In this document: positions 21,300 to 31,316 of the stretch, piece after piece
Numbering within the stretch: the stretch's first letter is position 1
Layout: each line of letters opens with the position of its first letter
Virus record (IMG/VR): IMGVR_UViG_3300020732_000008
Coordinates: 39,933-103,932 of that record
Direction: 5' to 3' (one strand)
Origin: a virus
DNA length: 64,000 bases
Notes under the pieces: model-generated
The model's database searches: none
The model's input: the letters and a program-made list of their open reading frames with translations, nothing else
What the model was told of the DNA's origin: nothing
Position numbers and translations under genes: made by a program

Positions 21300-22376
21300 T
21301 TAGTTGGTTTCTGCAATGATTACAGACTGGTCAGTGATAAGACCAAGACCGTAGATTGCGTACCAAGCAAGTGCGTGCTCACGACCGAAGTCCAAGATAC
21401 CACCATCACGAAGCTCAACAGGAAGTGAGATAGCGTGACCAAATGCGTTATCACCAATGAAGATTGCTGAATAACGATCTGCAGCACCGTTACCGGTTGT
21501 GGTTGTAGGAGATGTGTATCCTCCACCAGTTGGGTAAACGATTGATCCTGAAGCTACCGCTGTGTCGGTTGTGTAACCTGCACCTGCGCCGCCTGGGACC
21601 TTCTTGATCTGGGTTGTCTCAATGAAGACTGTGTCGTACAAACGACCGATCTCACCGAGCATGAAGTTTCCTGGAGCAGCGTACTTTGTGACTTCAATAA
21701 ATTCTGGATTGTCACGGAGCTTACGGCTCTGGTGTGGGTGAACGAAAGCAACATAGGTCTCACCGAGGCGAGGAATGTTCTTTGTTGAGAGGGTCTCTAC
21801 TGCGTCCTTAACGGTTGCAGTTGTAAGAGAGAAGTTACCGGTCATAGATGCACGGGATGATCCCTGTGTACCGTAGTCGTACCAGTTGTTAACTGTACCG
21901 GCAGATGAACGGTCGTAACCGTAGATGACAGAAGATGCTGCCATGAGTGTGTCGCGTGCCTGGCCATCAAGATAGAGAGCCATGTTACGACCAAGAAGAC
22001 GTGAAGCAGAAGCCATAACGTCATCGAATGAGGCGTTGAGAAGAAGCTCTGATACTGCGATTGCGTATCCGTGCTCTGCAACGGTGATTGAGAACTGCTG
22101 TGCAGTCAAAGCGTTAGTTGACATACGGACACCTTCAACAAGAGCTGAAGCGAAACCGAGGTTGTTGTAACGCATGAAGTTAATCTGGAGACCAGGTGCA
22201 ACGTTCAATTCTGTCTTCTTAACAGCGAACTGTTCGAAGCGAAGGATTGGCATTGACTGGAAAAGGATTTCCTTTGACCAGATTGTCTGAATTGCTTGTG
22301 TAAGCTGGCTATTAGCGCCAGAATACGCTGTTGGGGCAGCGGCTAGATTGCCGGTACCTGTTACGGCTGATGCCAT
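21300..22376 (-). CDS. Major capsid protein (N4-gp56-like family)
   Basis: 358 aa; YVAFVHPHQ..LR, GEIGRLY, DFGRE..LAWYAIYG; follows portal and scaffold. Confidence 0.9.
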   Translation of the reverse strand: MASAVTGTGNLAAAPTAYSGANSQLTQAIQTIWSKEILFQSMPILRFEQFAVKKTELNVAPGLQINFMRYNNLGFASALVEGVRMSTNALTAQQFSITVAEHGYAIAVSELLLNASFDDVMASASRLLGRNMALYLDGQARDTLMAASSVIYGYDRSSAGTVNNWYDYGTQGSSRASMTGNFSLTTATVKDAVETLSTKNIPRLGETYVAFVHPHQSRKLRDNPEFIEVTKYAAPGNFMLGEIGRLYDTVFIETTQIKKVPGGAGAGYTTDTAVASGSIVYPTGGGYTSPTTTTGNGAADRYSAIFIGDNAFGHAISLPVELRDGGILDFGREHALAWYAIYGLGLITDQSVIIAETN

Positions 22377-22426
22377 GTCGGTATTACTCCTTAGTTAGTT
22401 AATTAATTAACGGTGGATCAAACTAC

Positions 22427-23203
22427 TTATCCGAATATTCCCTTGTTACCGTTATTGACGTTAGGTAGTAGTCGTGAACGATACTTTGCGTACTCGGTAA
22501 CCGACATTGCAGCGATATTTTCTGCAGTGAACTGTTGTTGATCCGAATTGGTGTCGAGGGGTCCGGAGGCAGGAGCTGTAAGGCTCGTGCCCTTCATTTC
22601 TCTACGGGCAGACTGTAAGGACTGCTGCGTATTTGCAAGGATACTGGATGTACGTTCCTTAAGTCCTGCAATGCTTGATTCAATCTCATCAGGAGTATTT
22701 CCTGCGATCAAGTCAACCAATTCAGGAAGAATGTTTTCTCTCTCTTGGGAGACGCGAGCTGAACGATACTCTTGGAGTTCAGCATATTGACGTTCCTTAT
22801 TTAAAAGGGTCAAGGACTGCTCACGAGCGGTTCGTTCTTGCTCTAGCTTGTCTGCCCATTCTTTTTCTTTTGATTCAAGAAGTTGACGAAGATCCATCTC
22901 CGACTCAGCCTTCTTACGGGCTTCATCTTCTGCAGCTTGGCGAGCACGCTCGACTTCTGCTAGACGCTCTTCACGTTCCTTCTTTAGGGTCGCTACTTCA
23001 TCCTTTAGCGATCCAATAGTTTCGTAAACTTTATTCTTCTCAGTCTCACGTGCTTTACGGACGTCTTCCTCAGTAAATGTACGAGTTGATTGAGTTGGAG
23101 TTGTTGAAACTGGCGTTGTCAATGTTTCTGTATGTGTAGGGACATCTGCTAGAAATGCCTCCTGCGCTACAGGGGTATCGACTACGTTAGTTGATTCAGT
23201 CAT
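22427..23203 (-). CDS. Capsid scaffolding protein
   Basis: Coiled-coil, FTEEDV..AR, C-terminal MSVTEYAKYR; lies between portal and capsid genes. Confidence 0.8.
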   Translation of the reverse strand: MTESTNVVDTPVAQEAFLADVPTHTETLTTPVSTTPTQSTRTFTEEDVRKARETEKNKVYETIGSLKDEVATLKKEREERLAEVERARQAAEDEARKKAESEMDLRQLLESKEKEWADKLEQERTAREQSLTLLNKERQYAELQEYRSARVSQERENILPELVDLIAGNTPDEIESSIAGLKERTSSILANTQQSLQSARREMKGTSLTAPASGPLDTNSDQQQFTAENIAAMSVTEYAKYRSRLLPNVNNGNKGIFG

Positions 23204-23313
23204 GCTTATTCCTTAGGTTTGAGAGGTCGTTGTCCGAATTAATGCCACGATGACCTGCGGATTAGTTGAGTAAGTACAGGATTCCAAAAGTAACTACATT
23301 TGTCAGCCTATAC

Positions 23314-25032
23314 TTATAATCCCCCACCTGGTGAGTCCTGATCGTCAGGATTCCTGCGTTGGGGAAGCTTTGTGCCATAGGCTTTTGTGACGAGTTCTTC
23401 AGCAAGAGCTTGAACTGTTTGTGCCTCGAATGGCGTAACAACTCCGGCCTGTCCATCTGGACCTGGACCAACTCCTGCACCAGCTTCGCCTGTGCCTGGA
23501 CCTGGTTCAACGTCAGCTGTTGAAGGCTGGAAACCAGTAAGTGATGTAATAGCTGAAACTATCTGAGCTTCCATAAGCTGCAGTACACCCTTAGCCTTAG
23601 AATCCTCAATAAGTTCAATACGAATTTCTTCAAGCTTCTCATCTGGGAAGGCCTCACCAAGAGCACGAAGAGCACCCTTACGGCTTTCAAGATTAAGCTT
23701 CATCATTGCTGAGATCTCGTTCAATAGAACAAGCTTGTCAAGAGGTAGTGGATCTAACCAGTGAACTGATGACTGGTAGCTAATTGGATCATTAGGATCA
23801 AGTTGCGATAGCTGATCAGGCTTAATTGGACCATTAAATGATGGGTCCCATGTAAAACGCTCTGGCTCTTTAAATGCGACTGTACGTAGGATCAAGTCGT
23901 TAATACGCTTGATTCCTTCTCCATATTGAACTGTCTTTTGGTTATAGCGGTTCATCAATGGCTGGTACTGAATAGAAAGTGCAACACCTGAAGTATTAGA
24001 AATAGGTTGTACCTGACCAAGAGCGGTCTCAGGAACACCAATCATTTCGTGCATTGAGCGCTTTAGGATCTCTAGATACTGAATAGCTCCCTGTAATCCC
24101 TGTCCGCCACCTTCTAGGTTAAAGACGTTAGCATCTTTAGGGAGGTTACCCCAAACTTTCTTAGGTCCCTTTTCAAGGTTAGATGCTTTAGCACCGGTGA
24201 TAACTGTCACAGGAGAAGCGTGGTACTGAATGATGTCAGCAATATCAGTTGCAACTTCATTGTAGTTACGGTTCAATACGATAATGTCGTGACCATCAGA
24301 TAGGCCCCATGGGGATCCAGAGATGCGTACGTTAGCAATATGAATAATAGGTACAACGCCAATAGGATTAGGACGTGAATCGATAAGCTCATCATTGATA
24401 TATTCCTCAATGCGCTCATCTGTAAGAATTTCGGTATATGTGTAAACCTGACGTGTACCCTCTAGAGACGTACCCCAAAAGCGATACTTAAGCTTAAAAC
24501 GAATTAAACGTGAGCGATCATGCGGGTGAAACTCTGGAAAGCAGAATGATGCGTTAAGTGGAAGGACACGTACTTTACCTGGGGTAACCATTCCAGTAAC
24601 AGGGTTTTCATACGCCTCTTCATAGGCAACCTTTACAAAGCAATCTCCTGAGACTCCGCCTTGCTGTCCCATCTCCCACATGATGGAGTGCTTATCGTTG
24701 TCGTCTTCCCATACACGCTTAAGAATGTCTGGAACGATTCCTTCAGTCTCATACGGACTACGGAAGTGCGCTGCACGACCAAATGTAAAGTTAATGATGT
24801 AATCCGTGAATGCACGGTAATAGTTGTAAACCATCTGCGCATCGCCAAGCTCACGACGATAGGCCCAGTGATGGCCAAGATACATAGCCCAGTTAAGTGA
24901 ATAACGATTTAAGCGTGGACCGTGTACTTCGAATTCTTCATCAGCAAGCTCAACCAGTCCGAGAGGTGAAATAGAGATTGTTAAGTCAGAAGACGCTGCT
25001 CTATAACTGGGAGGTGAAAAATCGATAGACAA
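23314..25032 (-). CDS. Portal protein (SPP1 gp6-like)
   Basis: 572 aa; GDCFVKV, NPIGVVPIIH, SGVALSIQYQPL; downstream of terminase. Confidence 0.9.
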   Translation of the reverse strand: MSIDFSPPSYRAASSDLTISISPLGLVELADEEFEVHGPRLNRYSLNWAMYLGHHWAYRRELGDAQMVYNYYRAFTDYIINFTFGRAAHFRSPYETEGIVPDILKRVWEDDNDKHSIMWEMGQQGGVSGDCFVKVAYEEAYENPVTGMVTPGKVRVLPLNASFCFPEFHPHDRSRLIRFKLKYRFWGTSLEGTRQVYTYTEILTDERIEEYINDELIDSRPNPIGVVPIIHIANVRISGSPWGLSDGHDIIVLNRNYNEVATDIADIIQYHASPVTVITGAKASNLEKGPKKVWGNLPKDANVFNLEGGGQGLQGAIQYLEILKRSMHEMIGVPETALGQVQPISNTSGVALSIQYQPLMNRYNQKTVQYGEGIKRINDLILRTVAFKEPERFTWDPSFNGPIKPDQLSQLDPNDPISYQSSVHWLDPLPLDKLVLLNEISAMMKLNLESRKGALRALGEAFPDEKLEEIRIELIEDSKAKGVLQLMEAQIVSAITSLTGFQPSTADVEPGPGTGEAGAGVGPGPDGQAGVVTPFEAQTVQALAEELVTKAYGTKLPQRRNPDDQDSPGGGL

Positions 25033-25107
25033 GTGATCTCGTTTCTATAAAAAGAAAAGGTCCCCTACCCCCCTTACGAGGAGTAGAGCACCTTAAGTAT
25101 AACCTAC

Positions 25108-25512
25108 TTAGTCGTTAACTTCGGCAGGGTTGATTCGCTTGTAGCTTGAACCGCTGCGGATGACTTCTTCAATCTTTGTTTCTGCATAATCCTGGAAGTT
25201 TCCTTGAGAGAACTCAGAAAGGAAATCAGGTGCTTCAACCCATGAAGCTGAGCCAACGTGGGCACGCTCTGACATGGTTTCTGCAGCAGGCTTTTCAAAG
25301 ACGTTCATATTGTGGTTAGGACGACCAGCTGGTGTGTCATAACCCTGTGTTAGACCGAGTTCGAAATCGTTTGGAACATCGGTGTCTGTTGCAATTCCCT
25401 CTTCAAAGCGAAGAGGTCCACGAAGACCTGTCTGAGCTGGGCTGATCTTACGCTCGTAGGCAGGTGATCCCTTTTCAGGGAACTGTGGAGTTGGGGCAAT
25501 ATTTGATGCCAT
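25108..25512 (-). CDS. Conserved hypothetical protein between terminase and portal
   Basis: AGGAG SD; good ORF. Confidence 0.7.
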   Translation of the reverse strand: MASNIAPTPQFPEKGSPAYERKISPAQTGLRGPLRFEEGIATDTDVPNDFELGLTQGYDTPAGRPNHNMNVFEKPAAETMSERAHVGSASWVEAPDFLSEFSQGNFQDYAETKIEEVIRSGSSYKRINPAEVND

Positions 25513-25601
25513 TGTATTTTCTCCTATAGGGTTGAGATTGAGGGCCTCAGGTATAAGTATCAGACTTACACCTCTAATTTTTGTGCTAAACCCACCAATA
25601 T

Positions 25602-27233
25602 TTATCTACCAAAGAATGGGGACGCACTTACCTCTACGGTAGGCATAACCATCTCTTGGGTTAATGAGCAGGCTAGGGACAGTGAGTCCACATAGTCATC
25701 ATGGGCATGGGCTTCATCTGGAGCAGCAACCAAGAAGTTAGGGCCCCTATATTGGACCTCAGCGTCTGTCATCTGTTGATAGAAGCGCTTCCAAGTACGT
25801 AACCGACGAGTTTTAGCGTGTGCAGGCCAGGAAATCAACTGACGTTGAATCAATGCCTGTAGATGCTTCCAACGCTTAGATTGTTCCTGTGGGCTAGAAG
25901 ACATGGCTACAACTTCAGCTCTAGGTAGCAAGATCTTTAAACGACCGGCTACAGCATCTCCTACGCCGTTTGTATCCACAGCCACAGCATAGACGTCATA
26001 ACTTTCTAGGAAGTTAACGATCTGGAAGTATTGCTCTTCCCAGTCATCTCCTTGCATCTCTAACCAGTTAAGGACACGGTGGTCGTAGTAACCATATTCA
26101 TCCGGCCTATCCCAGTCAACCCAGACTACAGTAACAACTGTTGAGTCCATCTTACGTGCCGGATCGATACCTACAACAACGGGGGTCTTATGGTGAGACT
26201 TAACAAGCTCTGCAGAAGTATCGCCTAGATCATCCATAGCGGATGAGGTTACGAACATTCCACGTTCCAATAACCACTTACAGTTATATGACATCTGGAA
26301 TTCATCAGATTCTTCACCTAAGCGAAGTTTCTCTTTCTTAATAAACTTCTCATAGTTAGGGTTGTACTTAACTACATCTCTCCAGTCCCACTGGAAATGG
26401 TTCTGACGACCTTTACGGCCTTCGCTTTGACGACGCTTATTAAGCTGGATGGCACGGTAGAAGTTGTTCTTAGAGCTTGTAGGTGTACCAGTTTTAACCA
26501 TAGTAGCGTTGTAATACGCACCCATAGGTGAAATAGACTTGGCAACAATAAAGTCATCTGCTTCTTGACACTCATCAATAATCATGAGATGGAAAGACTT
26601 AGACTCAATCTTAGCTCTTGGGTTAGCGGTCATCATCATTACTGATGATCCGGAGTTCTTAAGTTTAATGTTTCTGGTTACACCGGGTGTTTTAGATACG
26701 CTGTCGTCAATCTCAGCATCACCAAGGATGGCAATAGCATTCTCACTAGTTAACCGTGAAACTGTACGGGAGTACAGGGTTTCAGCCTGTGCTTGTACAG
26801 GGGCAAACATTCCTACCCATAGTCCTTCTCTAAACTTACCCAATAGCTCAGGATACATACGAGCAAGACGTGGAAGAAGAACCATAAGAGTTGCCACGGT
26901 ATCTGCAACGGTTTCAGACTTTCCAGACTGACGAGCAGCTAGAGCAGTAATCTCCTCGCCATCGTTAATGATGACGGACTCAATAATACGTCTAGCTAGT
27001 GGTTTTTGGTAAGGGTGGAGATCGTGCCCAACAAGGAGCACCATAAAGTCCATAACCTTGTCAATAAGCTGTAGTACGAATTCTTTAGAGAGTTCATCTA
27101 ACTCTTCCTCATCTTCTTGATGTAGTTCTTCAAAGTCCTCATCTCCTTCCGATGAGTCCGCCAAAGCCTGTAGCTCTGGAGGTAATAACTCTTCTTCATC
27201 ATCAAAGTCTTCAAACTCAAAGTCATCTCTCAC
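25602..27233 (-). CDS. terL: Terminase large subunit (likely GTG start at 27233)
   Basis: PYQ, Walker A ARQSGKS, Walker B MIIDECQ, TGT motif; nuclease GIDPA and HDDYVDS. Confidence 0.93.
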   Translation of the reverse strand: MRDDFEFEDFDDEEELLPPELQALADSSEGDEDFEELHQEDEEELDELSKEFVLQLIDKVMDFMVLLVGHDLHPYQKPLARRIIESVIINDGEEITALAARQSGKSETVADTVATLMVLLPRLARMYPELLGKFREGLWVGMFAPVQAQAETLYSRTVSRLTSENAIAILGDAEIDDSVSKTPGVTRNIKLKNSGSSVMMMTANPRAKIESKSFHLMIIDECQEADDFIVAKSISPMGAYYNATMVKTGTPTSSKNNFYRAIQLNKRRQSEGRKGRQNHFQWDWRDVVKYNPNYEKFIKKEKLRLGEESDEFQMSYNCKWLLERGMFVTSSAMDDLGDTSAELVKSHHKTPVVVGIDPARKMDSTVVTVVWVDWDRPDEYGYYDHRVLNWLEMQGDDWEEQYFQIVNFLESYDVYAVAVDTNGVGDAVAGRLKILLPRAEVVAMSSSPQEQSKRWKHLQALIQRQLISWPAHAKTRRLRTWKRFYQQMTDAEVQYRGPNFLVAAPDEAHAHDDYVDSLSLACSLTQEMVMPTVEVSASPFFGR

Positions 27234-27462
27234 TATGTGTGGTTCTCTCATGGATCGTATTAATAATGGCCATAAGTGCTTCTGCACCTAGTCGTGCCTC
27301 TTCTAGATAGGCTGCTTGTGGATCTCTCTGCCAGGCAGATAAGTTACGACTGGTTGAGTAGACGGCGTTTTCAGACCATCCAAGTAATTCATCAGTAGGT
27401 AGGCGTGAAGCACGCTTCTCTATTCTTGACTTAACTCGTTCATTTCTGTTTCGTCTAAACAT
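27223..27462 (-). CDS. Hypothetical protein upstream of terminase
   Basis: GGAG SD; overlaps the terL start. Confidence 0.65.
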   Translation of the reverse strand: MFRRNRNERVKSRIEKRASRLPTDELLGWSENAVYSTSRNLSAWQRDPQAAYLEEARLGAEALMAIINTIHERTTHSER

Positions 27463-27755
27463 TCAATTTCTCCAGATCGTATAGTTTCCCAGCTAGGATC
27501 ATCTGCTTTTAAACCACGACCGTTAATGGCATAGGTTAAAGCTTGACTCTCAGTATACCCTGTTTTTTTCCATACACCGATGACAAGAGCTTGTTTAGTG
27601 AATGGGAGTCTTACAGAGGTTCCATACCCTCTTCTAAACTCTCCATCTATCTCTTGGCTATAGGCACGCTCCATAAGACCTCTTGGCTTTACTGGGTAAG
27701 TAAGGCGATGAAAATAAATCGGTCCTAAGTCTTTAGTCGTTGCTATAGTGACCAC
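27420..27755 (-). CDS. Hypothetical protein
   Basis: ORF within a contiguous operon. Confidence 0.6.
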   Translation of the reverse strand: MVTIATTKDLGPIYFHRLTYPVKPRGLMERAYSQEIDGEFRRGYGTSVRLPFTKQALVIGVWKKTGYTESQALTYAINGRGLKADDPSWETIRSGEIECLDETEMNELSQE

Positions 27756-28500
27756 CCAACCCCTCGTTAAGGATAGGCGCTCTGTAACCGCTCTTTCGGT
27801 ATTCCTTAAACGCCCTATCGTAAGCTTTACTAAACTCTTTTTGTCTCTTCTTTTCAGCCTTCATAGAGGCAAGGTTATATTGAGAAGCCTGTTGGGTTCT
27901 AGCAAGAAGAGCGACCTGTTGACGAATCTCAAGGGGGAAGTCAGAAGTATCTGCTGGACCACGAGGCTTTGCATCGAGGAATGTTGATATGACCTCACCC
28001 TTACTTACGTTAGAGTGAAATAGATCCCACTCGTCCTCATCTACTTCGTAGTAGTTGTAAACAGTGCCATCTCTAAACATAACAGTTAAAACTTGACGTT
28101 GTTTTGAGTATCCAGCTGCAAGAGTTCTTGGTCGTTCTGGATTAGACGTGCTTGTAGGCATTTCATAATCGCCACGACCGAGATCAGCAGGACCATAGAG
28201 TAGCTCTCCATTTAAGCCTGCTTCACCAAATGCAGGAGAAACATAGTAGTCGTTTCCTGAAGTTGCACCATAATTGGCTGCCTTCTCACTGTCGATCGCT
28301 AATTCATCGGCAACATCTAGTGAGTACTCTTCCATAGGCTTATCGATGACATGTCGGCCTTTAATACGTCCAGCAAGTAAATCTGAGGGTATACCCCTGT
28401 TTACAGCTTCTTGATAACGTTCAGTTTCAGTCTTAGGACGGTTCTTATTACGAAGCTGTCGTTCTAACCTACGTTGAAGCTCTTCTTCTCTACTGGCCAC
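27733..28500 (-). CDS. KTSC-domain protein
   Basis: AAGYSKQRQVLTVMFRDGTVYNYYEV...F....SKG KTSC signature. Confidence 0.75.
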   Translation of the reverse strand: MASREEELQRRLERQLRNKNRPKTETERYQEAVNRGIPSDLLAGRIKGRHVIDKPMEEYSLDVADELAIDSEKAANYGATSGNDYYVSPAFGEAGLNGELLYGPADLGRGDYEMPTSTSNPERPRTLAAGYSKQRQVLTVMFRDGTVYNYYEVDEDEWDLFHSNVSKGEVISTFLDAKPRGPADTSDFPLEIRQQVALLARTQQASQYNLASMKAEKKRQKEFSKAYDRAFKEYRKSGYRAPILNEGLGGHYSND

Positions 28501-28753
28501 AGATATGTACTTCTAACTTTGTCTCGGGTAGTTTCTCTCCGCAATCATTGCAGACATACCAACGTAATTCATTAAATTTATTTTGTGCTGTTGAACCTAG
28601 AGGAATGCTAGAACCATCGCCATCATCTTGACGATCGTATTCATGAATAACTTTAGGTTGAGCTAAGACCTCTGGTGGAAATGGACCATTAGGTCTATGT
28701 GCTTTAGAAGGAACTGGATGTCCTTGTTTTGTGACTATTCTCTCAATTCTCAT
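28490..28753 (-). CDS. Hypothetical protein with C-terminal zinc finger
   Basis: CNDC...HIC. Confidence 0.65.
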   Translation of the reverse strand: MRIERIVTKQGHPVPSKAHRPNGPFPPEVLAQPKVIHEYDRQDDGDGSSIPLGSTAQNKFNELRWYVCNDCGEKLPETKLEVHICGQ

Positions 28754-28943
28754 TGGTAGCAGCCTTCTTAGCTGCTGTCTTAGGCTTTTCTTCTTTAGGT
28801 GCGTCTAAACGTGGCAATGTGCCATCTACAGCGTCTTTACGTAAGAACCAGGGGAGATCCATATCACAGAAGATCTGTGGACGTGCTCCACGTGTTTCTA
28901 CCAACCAAATAGCCTCATTTGTACAATTTAAGCATTTTGCCAT
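28743..28943 (-). CDS. Small Zn-binding hypothetical protein
   Basis: CLNC...FC; GGAAGG SD. Confidence 0.65.
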   Translation of the reverse strand: MAKCLNCTNEAIWLVETRGARPQIFCDMDLPWFLRKDAVDGTLPRLDAPKEEKPKTAAKKAATNEN

Positions 28944-29141
28944 TTATTTACCTTCCGTCAATGTTGCGAGTAGTCTGTAACTACTGCTAGTCTAATACTA
29001 ATGCAGTAGAGATACAGCATTCATAATCCAGTAAGTATAACGGGGTTGCAAGTAGGTTCGGTAGACATAGACCTTACCGCCGGTTGGCAAGTGACAGTTG
29101 TCCATCGGTCTCAACTTGGCCCTCTAGACCCAGGGGATAAT

Positions 29142-29624
29142 GTGAATTATAGTGCAAAAATTAAGTTATTCAGCGCAGTACTAAGCTGCCTGTTATTTCT
29201 AGGGCACAGTGGTGCCTGGGCATTAAGAGCCCCAATAATTCCAATTAAATATGCAGCGGACTCCTGTAAGCCCGCATTCTTGACCTTAAAGACCTATGAC
29301 AAAGCCTCACTTGTGAGACTACTTGAGTGGGCCGGATTTAAGGGTAGGGCTCTAAATAACGCCATTAATGTCGTTTACCATGAGTCACGTGGAAACACTC
29401 TTGATCACAACACCAATGCTAGGACTGGAGATAACTCTTATGGGTTGTTTCAGATCAACATGCTAGGTGAGATGGGTGTTCAACGTAAGGTTTGGCTAAA
29501 GCTCACCTCATACTCTCAATTATTTGATCCCATTACTAACGTAAGGGTTGCATTTCAATTGAGCAAAGGTGGAAAAGACTTCAGTGACTGGCCTTCTTCG
29601 GACTTAATACCTGCACAGATATAA
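29142..29624 (+). CDS. Secreted lytic transglycosylase (SLT-like); likely GTG start at 29142
   Basis: Signal-peptide-like N-terminus; catalytic HES, SYGLFQIN, LFDPITN, DFSDW; AGGGGA SD. Confidence 0.85.
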   Translation: MNYSAKIKLFSAVLSCLLFLGHSGAWALRAPIIPIKYAADSCKPAFLTLKTYDKASLVRLLEWAGFKGRALNNAINVVYHESRGNTLDHNTNARTGDNSYGLFQINMLGEMGVQRKVWLKLTSYSQLFDPITNVRVAFQLSKGGKDFSDWPSSDLIPAQI

Positions 29625-29627
29625 CAG

Positions 29628-29655
29628 AAAAGCCCGCCATATGGCGGGCTTTTTT
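29628..29655. terminator. Bidirectional intrinsic terminator
   Basis: AAAAGCCCGCC-ATAT-GGCGGGCTTTTTT between convergent genes. Confidence 0.85.
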
Positions 29656-29669
29656 GTTAGTTAGAGCTA

Positions 29670-30353
29670 TTAAGCAAGTGTTACAGCAGAACCGTAGTTT
29701 GCAGTTGTTCCTGCAGCAGGAGTCTGTGTAGCAACGGTAGCAGTTGCACCGAGTGCAGTTGTGGTTGTGAAACCAAGAGCTGAAAGAGCTGCGGCTGCAA
29801 CGGTCTCAGTGTCACCAACAACGTTAGGTACAGCAAGCTGGTAGATGTACTCACGAAGGTTGACTGAAGAACCGATAACGAGATCAGCACCAGCAATTGG
29901 AAGTTCGTACTCAACTGTTCCGTTATTAGCAAGAGTTGCACCTGAAGCGTTATTTTCAGTTGTAACTGTTCCTACAACGAGGCCAGCTGCAACGATCTTA
30001 GTTGATGCTGCTGAAAGTGAAAGACCAACGACTTCTGGAGCTGTTACATAGCCAGCACCTGGCTCTGTTACAGGAGAAGTAAATGCTGGGTATCCGCTTG
30101 TACCTGAAGTTGCAATGCTGTTAATTCCTGGATTTACGTTCCATGTAAGACCATTAAGGTTTACTGTGGTTGGATCTGAAGAAAGCTTTGCAGATGCGAG
30201 AGTTCCGTAGACTGTCCAACCATGATTCTGGGATGGGCTAACAGAAACTGTCTGTGAAGGTGATGTCTGGCGTACATCGTCTGGCTGAATTGGTAGGTTT
30301 CCCCACTCAAATGCAACTTGGACGTTACCAGAGCTATCTACTGGGTTTGTCAT
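29670..30353 (-). CDS. PASTA-domain protein
   Basis: Two PASTA-like units: PEVVGLSLSAA...GSSVNL and VPNVVG...QTPAAGT..GSAVTL. Confidence 0.75.
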   Translation of the reverse strand: MTNPVDSSGNVQVAFEWGNLPIQPDDVRQTSPSQTVSVSPSQNHGWTVYGTLASAKLSSDPTTVNLNGLTWNVNPGINSIATSGTSGYPAFTSPVTEPGAGYVTAPEVVGLSLSAASTKIVAAGLVVGTVTTENNASGATLANNGTVEYELPIAGADLVIGSSVNLREYIYQLAVPNVVGDTETVAAAALSALGFTTTTALGATATVATQTPAAGTTANYGSAVTLA

Positions 30354-30443
30354 TTATTACCTTTTCTCTAGAGAGGTTTAAAGCCCCATGCGCTTAGGGA
30401 CAGGACTAGTTTAAGTTAGCGATACTAGAAACGTCTCGCTTTA

Positions 30444-30587
30444 CTATTCTTCATCATTTCTAGCATTTTTAGTGCTTTGGCTACTTTCGATAGCCTGTTT
30501 ATTAGCTGCAAGCTCTCTACGAGCTTTAGCTTCTTCTTTAGACCAGTCGATGGCTCCGCCACCCTGATTAGGTTGAGGATGTGTCAT
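30444..30587 (-). CDS. Small hypothetical protein (47 aa, MTHPQPNQGG...)
   Basis: Read manually; ATGA overlap with the upstream stop. Confidence 0.5.
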   Translation of the reverse strand: MTHPQPNQGGGAIDWSKEEAKARRELAANKQAIESSQSTKNARNDEE

Positions 30588-30877
30588 TTTTTATGTGCTC
30601 TTCTCTTATTCTCTTTTGCAGTGTTCTTACCGTGCTTTAGAGGTCGGAGATTACTGCTTGAGTCATTATCGTGGTTATTATCTTTGTGATCTACGTCTGT
30701 ATCTCTAGATAGCTTTCCATGCTTCTTTTCGTACTTAGCACGGGCAGCATTCTCGGAAGTGGTGTGCCACTTACCTTTTGAATCTTTATAGTGTTTTACG
30801 ATAATCTTGCGACCACCATTAGCAGCAGAGCCCTTGTACTCTTTACCACCAGCTACTTCTTTTTTCTTAGTAGCCAT
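30584..30877 (-). CDS. HNH-like basic protein
   Basis: DVDHKDNNHDND..SNLRPL...N HNH motif. Confidence 0.65.
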   Translation of the reverse strand: MATKKKEVAGGKEYKGSAANGGRKIIVKHYKDSKGKWHTTSENAARAKYEKKHGKLSRDTDVDHKDNNHDNDSSSNLRPLKHGKNTAKENKRRAHKK

Positions 30878-31041
30878 TATTTGCCCTTATTTTTAGACAT
30901 AGCCATATTGTCTATAAGGTTAGGGTATGGACGACCGGCAGCTTTAGCACGTGCCTTAGCAGCTGACTTCTTCTTAGAAGACAGCTTCTTATGCTTGCCA
31001 CCATCTGGATCTTTCTTATCCCATACTTCTTTCTTAGCCAT
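30877..31041 (-). CDS. Small Lys-rich protein (54 aa, ...AKARAKAAGRPYPNLIDNM...)
   Basis: Read manually; TAATG coupling at both ends; motif recurrent in phages. Confidence 0.7.
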   Translation of the reverse strand: MAKKEVWDKKDPDGGKHKKLSSKKKSAAKARAKAAGRPYPNLIDNMAMSKNKGK

Positions 31042-31316
31042 TAGCAGTCACAATCCCATGCACGTAGAGATTTATTAATACGGCTGTTTGGATCATTAGC
31101 GGCTTTGCTTCCAGTATTTTTAGCCTTCATACCTTTCATACGGGCACAGAAAGACTTATGACGCTTGTTCTTATGATCTTTGCTAGGAGCCTTTAGATCA
31201 TGTCCCTCTTTCTTAGCAGAGGCACGTCCCTTGGCGTTTAACCCACCATTAGGGTTCTGACCTTCTTTACGTGTCCAAGCAGCAGACTTATGATGCTCTT
31301 TTTTCTTAGTAGTCAT
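31041..31316 (-). CDS. Basic phage protein (DUF6321-like)
   Basis: AAWTRKEGQNPNGGLNAKGRAS, SFCARM, NSRINKSLRAWDC. Confidence 0.75.
   Translation of the reverse strand: MTTKKKEHHKSAAWTRKEGQNPNGGLNAKGRASAKKEGHDLKAPSKDHKNKRHKSFCARMKGMKAKNTGSKAANDPNSRINKSLRAWDCDC

Noticed and set aside
29035-29141. c-di-AMP (ydaO) riboswitch
   Set aside because: The conserved ydaO sequence blocks are not recognisable; kept only as an unassigned leader.
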